Assembly (NCBI GenBank): GCA_038087875.1
Contig: CM075994.1
Coordinates: forward strand, 9,922,001-9,986,000
Origin: Malacoraja senta
Taxonomy: Eukaryota
Length of the DNA stretch: 64,000 nucleotides
Direction: 5' to 3'
This document shows positions 11,660 through 24,440 of this stretch, piece by piece; position 1 is the first letter of the stretch, and every line of letters starts with the position of its first letter. Under the pieces are notes generated by a model. That model did not search any database. It was not told the DNA's origin and was given only the letters and a program-made list of their open reading frames with translations. The translations under genes and the position numbers were made by a program.

Positions 11660-13325
11660 AATAGACAATAGGTGCAGGAGGAGGTCATTCAGCCCTTCGA
11701 GCCAGCACCGCCATTCAATGTGATCATGGCTGATCATCCCCAATCAGTACCCCGTTCCTGCCTTCTCCCCATATCACCTGACTCCACTATCTAGCTCTCT
11801 CTTGAAAGTATCCAGAGAACCTGCCTCTGAGGCAGAGAAATCCACAGACTGAAAGTGAAAAAGTGTTTCCTCGTCTCCGTTCTAAATGGCCGACCCCTTA
11901 TTCTTGAACTGTGTGTGGCCCCTGATTCTGGACTCCCCCAACATCGGGAACATGTTTCCTGCCTCTAGCGTGTCCAAACCCTTAATAATCTTATATTTTT
12001 CAATAAAATCCTCTCTCGTTCTTCTAAACTCCAGAGTATACAAGCCCAGCCGCCCCATTCTCTCAGCCTTTGACAGTCCCGCCATCCCGGGAATTAACCT
12101 GGTGAACCTACGCTGCACTCCCTCAATAGCAAGAATGTCCTTCCTCAAATGAATGGGAGATGCCAGAGAGTAATGGTGGATGGCTGTTTGTCAGGTTGGA
12201 GGCCGGTGACTAGTGGGGTGCCTCAGGGGTCTGTGTTGGGTCCACTGTTGTTTGGCATGTACATCAATGATCTGGATGATGGTGTAAAAAATTGGATTAG
12301 TAAGTATGCAGATGATACTAAGATAGGTGGTGTTGTGGATAATGAAGTAGATTTTCAAAGTCTGCAGAGAGATTTAGGCCATTTGGAAGAGTGGGCTGAA
12401 AGATGGCAGATGGAGTTTAATGCTGATAAATGTGAGGTGCTACATCTCGGCAGGACAAATGAAAATAGGACGTACATGGTAAATGGTAGCGAATTGAGGA
12501 ATGCAGTTGAACAGAGGGATCTAGGAATAACTGTGCATAGTTCCCTGAAGGTGCAATCTCATGTAGATAGGGTGGTAAAGAAAGCTTTTGGTGTGCTGGC
12601 CTTTATAAATCAGAGCATTGAATATAGAAGTTGGGATGTAATGTTAAAATTGTACAAGGCATTGGTGAGGCCAATTCTGGAGTATGGAGTACAATTTTGG
12701 TCGCCTAATTATAGGAAGGATGTCAACAAAATAGAGAGAGTACAGAGGAGATTTACTAGAATGTTGCCTGGGTTTCAGCAACTAAGTTACAGAGATAGGT
12801 TGAACAAGTTAGGTCTTTATTCCTTGGAGCGCAGAAGGTTAAGAGGGGACTTGATAGAGGTCTTTAAAATTATGAGCGGGTTAGACAGAGTGGACGTGGA
12901 TAAGCTTTTCCCATTGAGAGTAGGGAAGATTCAAACAAGGGGACATGACTTGAGAATTAAGGGACTGAAGTTTAGGGGGAACATTAGGGGGAACTTCTTT
13001 ACTCAGAGAGTGGTAGCTGTGTGGAATGAGCTTCCAGTGGAAATGATGGAGGCAGGTTTGATTTTATCCTTTAAAAATAGATTGGATGGGTATATGGACG
13101 GGAAAGGAATGGATGGTTATGGTGTGAGTGCAGGTAGATGGGACTAGGGGGAGTTAATTTAAAAAAAACTGTTCAGCACGGACTTGAAGGGCCGAGATGG
13201 CCTGTTTCCGTGCTGTTATGGTTATATGGTTATATGGTTAAATTAGAGGACCAAAACGGCACACAATACTCCAGGTGTGGTCTCACTAGGGCCCTGTACA
13301 ACTGCAGAAGGCCCTCTTTGCTCCT
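11660..13325 (-). mobile_element. CR1 3' fragment split by a second CR1 (pieces 11660-12148 and 13240-13325)
   Basis: The sequence ...aatgtccttcctcaaat at about 12150 resumes as aattagaggaccaaaac at about 13241. Confidence 0.85.
12149..13240 (+). mobile_element. CR1 LINE RT domain, uninterrupted 332-aa ORF, (TTATATGG)n tail
   Basis: [11 protein letters not shown] and KYADDTK motifs; nested inside an opposite-strand CR1. Confidence 0.95.
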
Positions 13326-13519
13326 AAGTAACACCCCGGGGCTACTGGAGGGTGGGGGAGCGGGCGTTACAGCCGGCATTCTGCTGAGTTAACAAACAAT
13401 TCCGCCCTTTCCCACCTCCCATCCCCGGTCAGGATCTGTGGCGCGGCTAAACACACAACACGTGTTTAGACCTGCCCCAGTGCACACCGCCGTTCATGTA
13501 AACACCCATCCCCCAATCT

Positions 13520-14215
13520 CCCTCTCTCCCCTCCCTCTCCCACGCCCCCTCCCCCCTCTCCATTCTCCCCCCCTCCCCTCTCCATTCTCCCCCCTTCTCT
13601 CTCTCTCCCTCCCCATTTCCTCTCTCTCCATCACCCCTCTCCTCCCTCCGCTCTCCCCTTCCCACCCTCTCCTGTCTCTCACCCCCTCTCCCTCCTATCT
13701 CCCCCCCTCCGCCCCCTCCTCCTCTCTCTCCCCTTCTACTCTCTTACCCACCTCCTCTGTCTCTCTCTCCCCATTTCTTCTCCCCCATCTTCCCTCTCCC
13801 CTCTCCATTCGACCCTTCTCCTCTCTCCCCTTCTCTCTCGCCTCCCCCTCCTTCTCTCTTCCCACCTCCTCTCTCTCTCCCTGCCCTCACTCTCTCCCTC
13901 CCACTCCTCTCTCACCCGCTCTCCCCTTCTCTCTCACCCCCTCCCCTCCTTCTCTCTCCCCCCATCACCCCTCTCTCCCCCTCCATTCGACCCCTCTCCT
14001 CTCCCCCCTTCTCTCTCCCCTCCCTCCCCCTCTCTCCCTCCCTTCATCACCCCTCTCCTCTCTCACCACCTCTCCTCTCTCCCTCCCCCCTCACTCCCTG
14101 TTCCTCTCCTTCCATCATCCCTCCCCTCTCTCTCCCTCCCCTTTGCCCTCCCTCTTTCTTACTCTCTCCCACCCTATCTCTCCCCTCTCCCTCATCCCTC
14201 TCCCCTCCCTCCCCC
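13520..14215. repeat. C/T-rich low-complexity tract
   Basis: Polypyrimidine; the overlapping ORFs are low complexity. Confidence 0.9.
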
Positions 14216-14409
14216 CTGTGGACTTGGGCCGTTGCCAGGCTGCTGCCGCAGCTGTGTGCGTGAGCAGCATGAACATGGACAAAGGCTGTCAACATTAGTG
14301 TTCCGGGTCACTCACTCCCAACAGCGGACAACATTTGATTGAGTCGGTAACAGGGGACTGTGTCCGGGGGCTTAAATCATCCAGTGACCATCAGCAAAGA
14401 GGCTTCCGA

Positions 14410-14700
14410 CACACAGAGAGAGACAGAGACAGACAGAGACAGAGAGACAGAGACAGAGAGAGAGAGACAGAGTGAGGGAGAGACAGAGTGAGAGAGACAG
14501 AGTGAGAGAGACAGAGTGAGAGGGACAGAGTGAGAGAGACAGAGACAGAGAGAGAGAGACAGAGTGAGAGAGACAGAGAGGTAGAGAGACAGAGAGGCAG
14601 AGAGACAGAGAGAGAGAGGGGGGACAGAGAGAGGGACAGAGAGACATATACACCGATGGAGAGATAAAGACAGATAGCAACAGAGAGAGAGAAATGGCTA
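14410..14700. repeat. (GA)n/(GACA)n microsatellite
   Basis: Direct inspection. Confidence 0.9.
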
Positions 14701-15279
14701 CAACATAATAATAATAATAATAATGGATGGGATTTATAGATTTATATAGCGCCTTTCTAATACTCAAGGCGCAAGAACAGCCCCGCACTAGAACAGGCGC
14801 CCCCTGCCCATGATGCTTCAACCTCTCTCTCTCTCTCTCCCTCTGCGTCTCTCTCTGTGTCTATCTCCCTGCCCACGATGCTTATGCTGAGCACGATGTC
14901 AAGACCCTCTCTTATCTAGAAACAAGGAAGTGCAGACGCTGGTTTACACAAAAGGACACAGAGTGCTGGAGTAACCCAGCGGGTCAGGCAGCATCTTTGG
15001 GGATCATGGAACAGAGAACATTTCGGCAAAGCCGCCCTTCTCGAGACGAAACGTCACCCATCCACGTTCTCCAGAGATGCTGCCTGAGTTACTCCAGCAT
15101 TTTGTTGTGTTTGTCTTCGGTTTAAACCAGCACCTGCAGTTCCTTCTCACATATTAGAAAATAAAAAGATGACAAGCAGATTTTGTGTAAAGTTGAATCA
15201 ATTATTTTGAGAATCACAATCGACCTGTTATGTACCATAACAAAAGTGACCTGCTGATAATAACCTTGGGGAAGGATGG

Positions 15280-15413
15280 GACACAGAGAGACAGAGAGAA
15301 AAAAGAGAGAAAGAGAGAGCGAGACAGAGAGGGAGAAAGGGACAGAGAGAGAGACAGACAGAGAAAGAGAGAGAGAGACAGAGAGGGAGTGAGAAAGGGA
15401 CAGAGAGAGAGAC

Positions 15414-15444
<31 letters not shown>

Positions 15445-15541
15445 CAGAGAGAGACAAAGAGAGACAGAGAGAGACAAAGAGACAGAGAGAGAGACAGAGA
15501 GAGACAGAGAGAGAGAGAGAGACACACACAGAGAGAGAGAG

Positions 15542-15572
<31 letters not shown>

Positions 15573-15685
15573 CACAGAGACAGAGAGAGACACAGAGAGA
15601 GAGACACACACACAGAGAGAGAGAGAGACACAGAGAGAGACACACAGAGAGAGAGTGACAGAGAGAGAGAGACACAGAGAGACTC
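15280..15685. repeat. (GA)n/(GACA)n microsatellite
   Basis: Direct inspection. Confidence 0.9.
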
Positions 15686-15939
15686 TCTGGAATAAAAGCC
15701 CCTGATTAAGAAGCATACAACGAACTCCCCGCTCTGTGTGTCTACAGTCTGCGCTTGGCAAGACTGATTACTGATGACAAGGGTAATCACAGCTAACTGG
15801 CCCGCACCTGCCGCCGCCGCCTCGCCAATGTTTATTAATGAATCCTATTGACAGTGTGACTGACACACGCTGTTCCGGCCACTGTTTATACATGAGAAGT
15901 GTTAGTAACAACAGCAGTGCTGTGGCACAGTGGATTCTT

Positions 15940-16800
15940 TCCCCCCTTGATCTCTCCCTCTCTCTCGCTTTCTCTCCCCCCCTCTCTCTTTCTCCTTCCC
16001 CATTCTCTCCCTCCCTCTCTCCGCCCTTTCTCTCTCTCTCCCCACCTATCTCTACCCTTTCTCCCTCCCTTTCCATCTCCCCCTCTTCACTCCTTCTCTC
16101 TCTCCCTCTCTCCTTTCTCCCTCTCTCCCCCCCACCTCTCAAACCTTTCCCTTTCACGCTCTCCCTCTCCCCTCATTCTCTCTCCCTCTCCTTTCCCCCC
16201 TCTCCTTTCCCTTTCTCCCTCTCTCGCTCCCCCCTTTCTCTCTCCCTCTCCCCATTCTCTCTCTCTCTCTCTCCTAATCCCATTTCTCTTTCTCCCTCCT
16301 CTCTCTGTCCCTCTCCTTTCCCCCTCTCCCTCTCTCCTTCTCTCTCTCCTGTCTCTCTCTCTCTTTTCTCTTTTTCTCTTTCACTCTCCCTCCCCCTCTC
16401 TCTTCCCCCCCTTCTCTCCATCTCCCCTTTCTTTCTCCCCCACCCCCTCTCTCTCCTTTCCCTCTCTATCCCTCTCATTTCTCATTCCCCCTCTTTCTCT
16501 CCCCTCTCTCACCTTTCTCTCTCTCCCCCTCTCCCCACTCTCTCTCTCTCCTTTCTTTCTCCCTCTCCCCTTATCTCTTTTCCTCTCCCCCTTCACTCTC
16601 TCCTTTTCCCCTCTCCTTCCCTCTCCCCTTTCTCCTTCTCTCTCTCCTTTCTCTTTCCCTTCTCTCTTTCTCACCCCACCTCTCTCTCCCTCTCCTTTCC
16701 CTCTCTCTCTCTCTCTCTCCCTCTCCCTCTCCCTCTCTCCCCTCTCTCTCTCTCTCTCTCCCCTCCACCCTCCCCACAAACTCACACTCTCTCTCTCTCA
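15940..16800. repeat. C/T-rich low-complexity tract
   Basis: About 860 nt of polypyrimidine. Confidence 0.9.
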
Positions 16801-16805
16801 CTCAC

Positions 16806-17244
16806 CCAGTGCGGCCGGTTGCGGGCCGTCCAGGACTGGGGCGCCGGTCCCTTGAGCCCCGGGCCGGGGTTGCGGGCTGTCCAGCGGCGGTTCTCCGGAC
16901 CCCGGCTCCGGCCCCTCGCCCATCGCCCTCCTGACGCCGGCCAGCAGCCGTGGGAAAGTGATGCGGCCCCCGGGCCCGGCCGTCCTCCGGAGGCAGGGGA
17001 TGAGGCCGCTGCCGCTGTCCGGCCAGCAGCTCTCCAACTCCGGCAGCTCCAGCCACCCCCGGCCGCCCTGCTGCTGCTCCAGGATGTCGTACAGAGTACG
17101 CAGGCGGCGCTGGAAGCCCTGTCCCACCTGCGTCTCCCCGGCGCGGCTCACAGTCTCCCCGGCGCGGCTCACTCCCGGCCAAGATATCAGTCTCCCCGGC
17201 TCACGGTCCGCAGCCTGGGCTCCGGCCGCCGGACAGCAGGACAT
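16806..17244 (-). CDS. SAPCD1/SAPCD2-like, first coding exon (suppressor APC domain)
   Basis: FQRRLRTLYDILEQQQGGRGWLELPELESCW...LRRTAGPGGRITFPRLLAGVRRAM resembles SAPCD2 FLQSLRTLFDILDDRRRGCVHLREIESRW...LRQVAPASGYLTFERFVAGLRTSL. ATG at 17244; GTGAGT donor at 16805-16800 (phase 1); CpG-rich. Confidence 0.8.
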
Positions 17245-17419
17245 CGCCCCCCCTCCCTCCCTCCCTCCCTGGCTCCCTGGTCGGCAAAGTCCCACTGACT
17301 GCCCGCCTGGCCCCGAGTGAGGCACAGAGCCGCCCGCACTGACCACTGTTCTGTGGCACTGACTGACACACGGAGAGGGGGAGGAGAGAGAAAGGGGTGG
17401 AGAGAGAGGGGGAGTGTTA

Positions 17420-17682
17420 AAGTAGGAACTGCAGATGCTGGAAAATCGAAGGTACACAAAAATGCTGGAGAAACTCAGCGGGTGCAGCAGCATCTATGGA
17501 GCGAAGGAAATAGGCAACGTTTCCGGCCGAAACCCTTCTTCAGACTGATAAGGGGTGGGGAGAAGAAAGGAAAAAAGGCGGAGGAGGAGCCCGAGGGCTG
17601 AGGGGTGGGAGGAGACAAGCAGAGGGCTGATGAAGGGGAGGGGACAGCAAGGGCTAGCTAAATTGGGAGAATTCAATGTTCA
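17420..17682 (-). mobile_element. Penelope-like 3' tail fragment
   Basis: Same tail as at 6780-6950, in reverse orientation. Confidence 0.7.
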
Positions 17683-17728
17683 TAGAGAGAGAGGGGGAGT
17701 TGGCAGGAGAATGAGAGAGGAGAGGATG

Positions 17729-17762
<34 letters not shown>

Positions 17763-17899
17763 CAGAGAGAAAGAGATGTCACCGTTCCGTCAGACACACT
17801 GCGTCTCTGGGGTCGTGTACACTAAGACCAGCTGTGTGATTACTGAACCAACTGATGTGCTTATTATTTACTCAGCCGAGCTGACACATTTGGAGGTGG

Positions 17900-19530
17900 A
17901 GGATAAATGCGTGGCTGAGGAACTGGTGCAGCGGGCAGGGATTCAAATTTCTGGATGATTGGGACCTCTTTGGGGGAAGGTGTGACCTGTACAGAAAGGA
18001 CGGGTTGCACTTGAACCCGAGGGGGACCAATATCCTGGCGGGGAGATTTGCAAAGGCTACTGGGGAGACTTTAAACTAGAATGGTTGGGGGGTGGGACTC
18101 AAATAGAGAAAGATAGTAGAAAATGTGGGAGGCAGGAGGCAGAGAAGGGAAGCACTCGGACCCAAAATGTAGGGGAGAAAGAAGAAAAAGATAATAAACA
18201 GAGAATAAGTGGTGGTGGGTTTCTTAAATGTGTATATTTTAATGCTAGGAGCATTGTAAGAAAGGTGGATGAGCTTAGAGCCTGGATTGACACATGGAAG
18301 TATGATGTTGTGGCGATCAGTGAAACATGGTTGCAGGAGGGCTGTGATCGGAAACTAAATATTCCAGGATTTCGTTGCTTCAGGGGTGATAGAATTGGAG
18401 GGGCAAGAGGAGGAGGTGTTGCATTGCTTGTCAAGGAAGATATTACAGCAGTGCTGTGGCAGGATAGATTAGAGGGCTCGTCGAGGGAGGCTATTTGGGT
18501 GGAACTGAGAAATGGGAAAGGTGTAGCAACACTTATAGGGGTGTATTATAGACCGCCAAATGGGGAGCGAGCATTGGAAGAGCAAATATGTAAGGAGATA
18601 GCAGATATTAGTAGTAAGCACAAGGTAGTGATTGTGGGAGATTTCAATTTTCCACACATAGACTGGGAAACACATTCTGTAAAAGGGCTCGATGGTTTGG
18701 AGTTTGTAAAATGTGTGCAGGATAGTTTTTGCAGCAATACATAGAGGTACCTACTAGAGAAGGGGCAGTGCTGGACCTCCTGTTAGGAAATGAGACAGGG
18801 CAGGTGGCGGAGATATGCGTCGGGGAGCACTTCGGGTCCAGTGATCACAATACCATTAGTTTCAATATAATTATGGAGAGGGTCAGAACTGGACCTAGGG
18901 TTGAGATTTTTGATTGGAGAAAGGCTAACTTTGAGGAGATGCGAAAGGATTTAAAAGGAGTGAATTGGGACATGTTGTTTTATGGGATGGATGTAGAAGA
19001 GAAATGGAGGACATTTAAGGGTGACATTTTAAGAGTACAGAATCTTTATGTCCCTGTTCGGTTGAAAGTAAATAGTAAAAATTGGAAAGAGCCATGGTTT
19101 TCAAGGGAAATTGGACACGGTTTGGAAAAAGAGAGAGATCTACAATAATTATAGGCAGCATGGAGTAAATGAGGTGCTTGAGGAGTATAAAGAATGTAAA
19201 AAGAATATTAAGAAATAAATTAGAAAAGCTAAAAGAAGATATGAGGTTGCTTTGGCAAGTAAGGTGAAAGTAAATCCAAAGGGTTGCTACAGCTATATTA
19301 ATAGCAAAAGGATAACAAGGAATAAAATTGCTCCATTAGAGAGTCAGAGTGGACAGCTATCTGCAGAGCCAAAAGAGATGGGGGAGATATTGAACAATTT
19401 ATTTTCTTCGGTATTCACCAAGGAGAAGGATATGGAATTATGTGAGGTAAGGGAAACAAGCAGAGTAGCAACGGAAACTGTGAGATTCAAAGAAGAGGAG
19501 GTGTGGACACTTTTGAAAAATATGAAAACG
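17900..19530 (+). mobile_element. CR1 LINE fragment: end of ORF1 plus APE endonuclease
   Basis: CVYFNARSI, VAISETWL, GGGVALLV, GVYYRPP, VGDFNFPHIDW, LDLLL and SDHN motifs. Confidence 0.9.
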
Positions 19531-19677
19531 GAGTTATATGGTTATTTGCCAACAGCAACTTGCAAAAACCAACGGCCCAATAACTGCAATGGACAAACGT
19601 TCGTCGGGAAGGAACTGCAGATGCTGGTTTAAACCGAAGATAGACACAAAATGCTGGAGTAACTCAGAGGGACAGGT

Positions 19678-19685
19678 ACACACAC

Positions 19686-19720
<35 letters not shown>

Positions 19721-19722
19721 AT

Positions 19723-19753
<31 letters not shown>

Positions 19754-20020
19754 CATATACACACACATACGCACACATATACACACATACATATACACAC
19801 ACACAGATATACAGGCAAATATACACACAAACACATACACATAAACATACACACGTACATACATATACACACACGCATACATACATATACACACGCACAC
19901 ATACATATACACACATGTATACACGCATACAAACACGTATACACGCATACCTACATATGCACACACACACATACACACACATACACACACACACACACAT
20001 ACATATACACACACGTATAC
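19678..20020. repeat. (CA)n/(CATA)n microsatellite
   Basis: Direct inspection. Confidence 0.9.
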
Positions 20021-20129
20021 AAATCAAACAATAATAGTGCAAAAAATGACAATACCAATGTTAAAACCTTTGGTTTTAATGCTAAATGCTAAAACCATTG
20101 GCAAAACCAAAACTATATACTTTAGTAGT

Positions 20130-20405
20130 TCAGTTAAGAGATACAGTGCAGAAGCAGGCCCTTCGGCCCACTGAGTTCATGCTGACCCCGCACACTAACA
20201 CTATCCTACACACACTAGGGACAATTTAATTTTTTACCGAGCCACTTTTAACCTATAAAGCTGCACGTTTTTGGCATGTGGGAGGAAACCGGAGCATCCG
20301 GAGAAACCCCACGTGAAAACTCACGGGGAGAACGTACAAACTCCATACAGACAGCACCCGTAGTCAGGATCGAACCCGGGTCTCTGGCGCTGTGAGGCAG
20401 CAACG
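20130..20405 (-). mobile_element. tRNA-derived V-SINE/HE1-like SINE
   Basis: B-box gggttcgatcctg, V-like core (ggtttcctcccaca) and CR1-type tail gggccgaagggcctg. Confidence 0.75.
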
Positions 20406-20689
20406 CATTCATTTATCAATTTGTTACTCTGTATCGCGTTGTTTGAAACCACAATTCAACTCCACATCAAAGGATAGACACAAAATGCCGGAGTAACTCA
20501 GCGGGACAGGCAGCATCTATGGGGAGAAGGAATGGGTGACGTTTCACAGTCTGAAGAAGGGTCTCGATCCGAAACGTCGCCCATACCTTCTCTCCGGAGA
20601 TGCTGCCTGACCCGCTGAGTTACTCCAGCTTGTTGTGTCTATCTTCGGTGTAAACCAGCATCTGCAGTTCCTCCCTACGTCAAAGGAAA

Positions 20690-21225
20690 TGAGGTAGGCA
20701 AAAATGCTGGAGAAACTCAGCGGGTGAGGCAGCATCTATGGAGCGAAGGAAAAGGTGACGTTTCGGGTCGAGACCCTTCTTCAGACTGATGTGGGGGTGG
20801 GGGTGCGGGAAGAAGAAAGGAAGAGGCGGAGACAGTGGGCTGTGAGAGAGCTGGGAAGGGGAGGGGAAGGAGGGAGAAAGCAAGGACTACCTGAAATTGG
20901 AGAAGTCAATGTTCATACCACTGGGGTGTAAACTACCCAAGCGAAATATGAGGTGCTGCTCCTCCAATTTGCGGTGGGACTCACTCTGGCCATGGAGGAG
21001 GCCCAGGATAGAAGGGTCGGATTCGGAATGGGAGGGGGAGTTGAAGTGCTGAGCCACCGGAAGATCAGGTTGGTTAGTGCGATAGAACTGAGCAGAGGTG
21101 TTGGGCGAAGCGATCGCCAAGCCTGCGCTTGGTCTCACAGATGTAGAGCAGCTGACACCTGGAGCAGCGGATGCAATAGTTGAGGTTGGAGGAGGTGCAG
21201 GTGAACCTCTGCTTCACCTGGAAAG
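20690..21225 (-). mobile_element. Penelope-like element fragment
   Basis: FTCTSSNLNYCIRCSRCQLLYICETKRRLGDRFAQHL...PVAQHFNSPSH...GMNIDFSNFR. Confidence 0.85.
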
Positions 21226-21559
21226 CAAACGAGGACCACTTTAAGGAACTCTTGCACTCCCATTGTAAGTGTGTGGGTGTGGCTGCAGTTAATGAGAATG
21301 AATTGATCTGGGTTAACACTCACTAACACACACACACTCGCACATAGTGTGAGTTGAGAGCTTTGGTCTGCAATGCTGGTAAGGATGATGTTAGGATGTT
21401 AAATGTTGTTAGTGCTGCAATTTGTACCAGCCTACTCTGGAAGTTGTCAAGGGTTTTGAGGTTTCATTTGAAGGGGATTTTTTATTTCAAGGTACTTTAT
21501 TAGGGGGTCTTTTTTAAGGGGGATTCTTGAAGTTTTACTTTAACCCAGCGAGTCTGTGG

Positions 21560-21990
21560 CGACCAGCAGTCATTCTTGCAGGTGTGGTTTTGAATTCTGG
21601 ATGTTTAGAGAGTTGCAAACTTTTTTTAAATTTTAAATTCTGAATTTTAAATTCTGAAGTTTAAAACAAAATTCTGAAATTTTAAATGTTTTACATTCTG
21701 AAGTTAAAAAAAATGCATTTGTTTAAAACAAAAACAAAAATTAATTCGTTTTAACATTTTTAATTCTGAAGTTTTAAATTCTGAAGTTTTAAACAACTTT
21801 TCATTTGTTAAAAGCAAAAAAAAATATTTCATTAGTTTTGACATTTTAAATTCTGAAGTTTGAAATTCTGAAGTTTGAAAAATATATATAATTTGTTTAA
21901 AACAAAAAACGTCATTAGTTTTAACATTCTAAATTCTGAAGTTTTAAATACTGAAGTGTTTTTTTTTAATTTCATTCGTTTAAAACACCA
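21560..21990. repeat. AT-rich degenerate tandem repeat (ttttaaattctgaag units)
   Basis: The aattctgaa motif recurs roughly ten times. Confidence 0.8.
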
Positions 21991-22246
21991 TGAGTTCTAG
22001 CCTACATACTCGCTGATACCACAGATTCACAACTCTCTGGGTGAAAATGTTTTTCCTCATCTCAGTCCTAAATGGCCGACCCCTTATTCTTAAACTGTGA
22101 TTGTAAGAAAGCTTTGTGGTGTGAACACTCCTTGTTAGTATTGCAATTTGCACCACTTACCCTGCAAGCAGATTTCAATCAAATCAATTGTGTGAATTAT
22201 CTGCAGCCTCTCTGGATCCTATTCAATCTCGTTCCTGTCTCCTGAA

Positions 22247-22764
22247 TAGGGTCGCCAACGTCCTCACTCCCAAATAAGGGACAAAAGGTCAAAATATGGG
22301 ACAAATTCCCCATGGCAATCCGTTGACGGACTCGGCCGTGGCTGGGTGAATGGTGAGTTGGCCCCGGGTGCTGGACTGCACACAAAGCCCAGCCGGCGGG
22401 CCAGCTGATGAGTTTTGGCCCGGGTGCCGCGCGCAAAGTCCGGCGCCCCGTGCAACTCACGATGAACCGATGATCGGCCACGAGGAGGAGGAGGGGTGGT
22501 GGTGGTGTCGGCGGTCAGCGAAGGTCCGAAGGTCGGACAGCTGGCCGGGCTGCCGACCGACCGACGGGGCCACGGGCGAGGTGCTGCTGCTGCACTCCAT
22601 GGGCTGCACTACGTCGGGACGGGAGAGGCGGGGCCCGGACGCGGCGCTCCGACCCGACAGTCCCCTCGACCCGAGTTGTAGCAGTCAAGTACGGGACAAG
22701 GGCGAAACCAATTTAGCCCAATATACGGGATGTCCCGGCTAATACGGGACAGTTGGCAACCCTA
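22247..22764. mobile_element. hAT-type non-autonomous DNA transposon (MITE), 518 bp
   Basis: TIRs tagggtcgccaac / gttggcaacccta; perfect 8-bp TSD ctcctgaa (22239-22246, 22765-22772). Related partial copies at about 2995-3075 and 10772-10845. Confidence 0.9.
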
Positions 22765-22904
22765 CTCCTGAAACCTATGCCCTCTGCTTCTTGACTTCCC
22801 CTGCCAAGGGCAATGGGGTTTGTACATTCACCCTTTCTATTCCCCTCATGATCTTACACACCTCTATAAGATCACTCCTCAGTCTCCTGCGCTCCAAGGA
22901 ATAC

Positions 22905-23470
22905 ACAATAGGTGCAGGAGGAGGCCATTCGGCCCTTCGAGCCAGCACCGCCATTCATTGTGATCATGGCTGATCGTCCCCAATCAATAACCCGTTCCTG
23001 CCTTCTCACCATATCCCTTGATTCCACTAGCCCCTAGAGCTCTATCTAACTCTCTTAAATCAATCCAGTGATTTGGCCTCCACTGCCCTCTGTGGCATGG
23101 AATTCCACAAATTCACAACTCTCTGGGTGAAAGAAAATTCTCACCTCAGTCTTAAATGGCCTCCCCTTTATTCCAAGACTGTGGCCCCGGGTTCTGGACT
23201 CGCCCAACATTGGGAACATTTTTCCTGCATCTAGCTTGTCCAGTCCTTTTATAATTTTATATGTTTCTATAAGATCCACCCTCATCCATCTATACAAGCC
23301 CAGCCGCTCCATTCTCTCAGCATATGACAGTCCCGCCATCCCGGGAATTAACCTTGTGAACCTACGCTGCACTCCCTCAATAGCAAGAATGTCCTCCTTC
23401 AAATTAGGAGACCAAAACTGCACACAATACTCCAGGTGTGGTCTCACTCGGGCCCTGTACAACTGCAGCA
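22905..23470 (-). mobile_element. CR1 LINE 3' fragment
   Basis: ORF 23055..23477 CR1 RT C-terminus. Confidence 0.9.
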
Positions 23471-23474
23471 TGTC

Positions 23475-24440
23475 CAAACAAGAGTGACATTGTTAATTCA
23501 GAAACAATGGTTCTGAACTTAAAGAAAGGTAACTTTGATGGTATGAGACGTGAATTGGCCAAGATTGACTGGCAATTAGTTCTAAAAGGGTTGACGGTGG
23601 ATATGCAATGGAAGGCATTTAATGACTGCATGGATGAACTACAAAAATTGTTCATCACAGTTTGGCAAAAGAATAAATCAGGGAAGGTATTGCATCCGTG
23701 GATAACGAGGGAAATCAGGGATAGTATCAAAGCAAAAGATGATGCGTACAAATTAGCCAGAAAAAGCAGCATACCAGAGGACTGGGAGAAATTCAGAGAC
23801 CAGCAGAGGAGGAAAAGGGGCTTAATTAGGAAAGGGAAAATAGATTATGAAAGAAAACTGGCAGGGAACATAAAAACTGACTGCAAAAGTTTTTATAGAT
23901 ATGTGAAGAGAAAGAGATTAGTAAAACAAATGTAGGTCCCTTGCAGTCAGAAACAGGTGAATTGATCATGGGGAACAAGGATATGGCGGACCAATTGAAT
24001 AACTACTTTGGTTCCGCCTTCACTAAGGAAGACATAAATAATCTGCCGGAAATAGCAGGGGATCGCGGGTCAAAGGAGATGGAGGAACTGAGTGAAATCC
24101 AGGTTAGTCGGGAAGTGGTGTTGGGTAAATTGAATGGATTAAAGGCCGACAAATCACCAGGACCAGATAGGCTGCATTTAAGACCGAGATGAGAAAAAAC
24201 TTTTTCACACAGATAGTGGTGAATCTCTGGAACTCTCTGCCACAGAGGGTAGTTGAGGCCAGTTCATTGGCTATATTTAAGAGGGAGTTAGATGTGTCCC
24301 TTGTGGCTAAAGGGATCAGGGGATATGGAGAGAAGGCAGGTACGGGATACTGAGTTGGATGATCAGCCATGATCATATTGAATGGCGGTGCAGGCTCGAA
24401 GGGCCGAATGGCCTACTCCTGCACCTATTTTCTATGTATC
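23475..24440 (+). mobile_element. CR1 LINE fragment with internal deletion of the RT core
   Basis: The ORF2 linker region up to KSPGPDRLH is joined directly to the 3' end (ttaagaccgagatgagaaaa...). Confidence 0.85.

Noticed and set aside
15838..17298. 486-aa plus-strand ORF and other long S/L/P- or E/R/G-rich ORFs (13438-16855)
   Set aside because: Stop-free translation of CT/GA microsatellites and the antisense of the SAPCD-like exon.
19534..20092. His/Thr- and Cys/Val-rich ORFs (also 42359-42931)
   Set aside because: Translations of (CA)n/(TG)n microsatellites.
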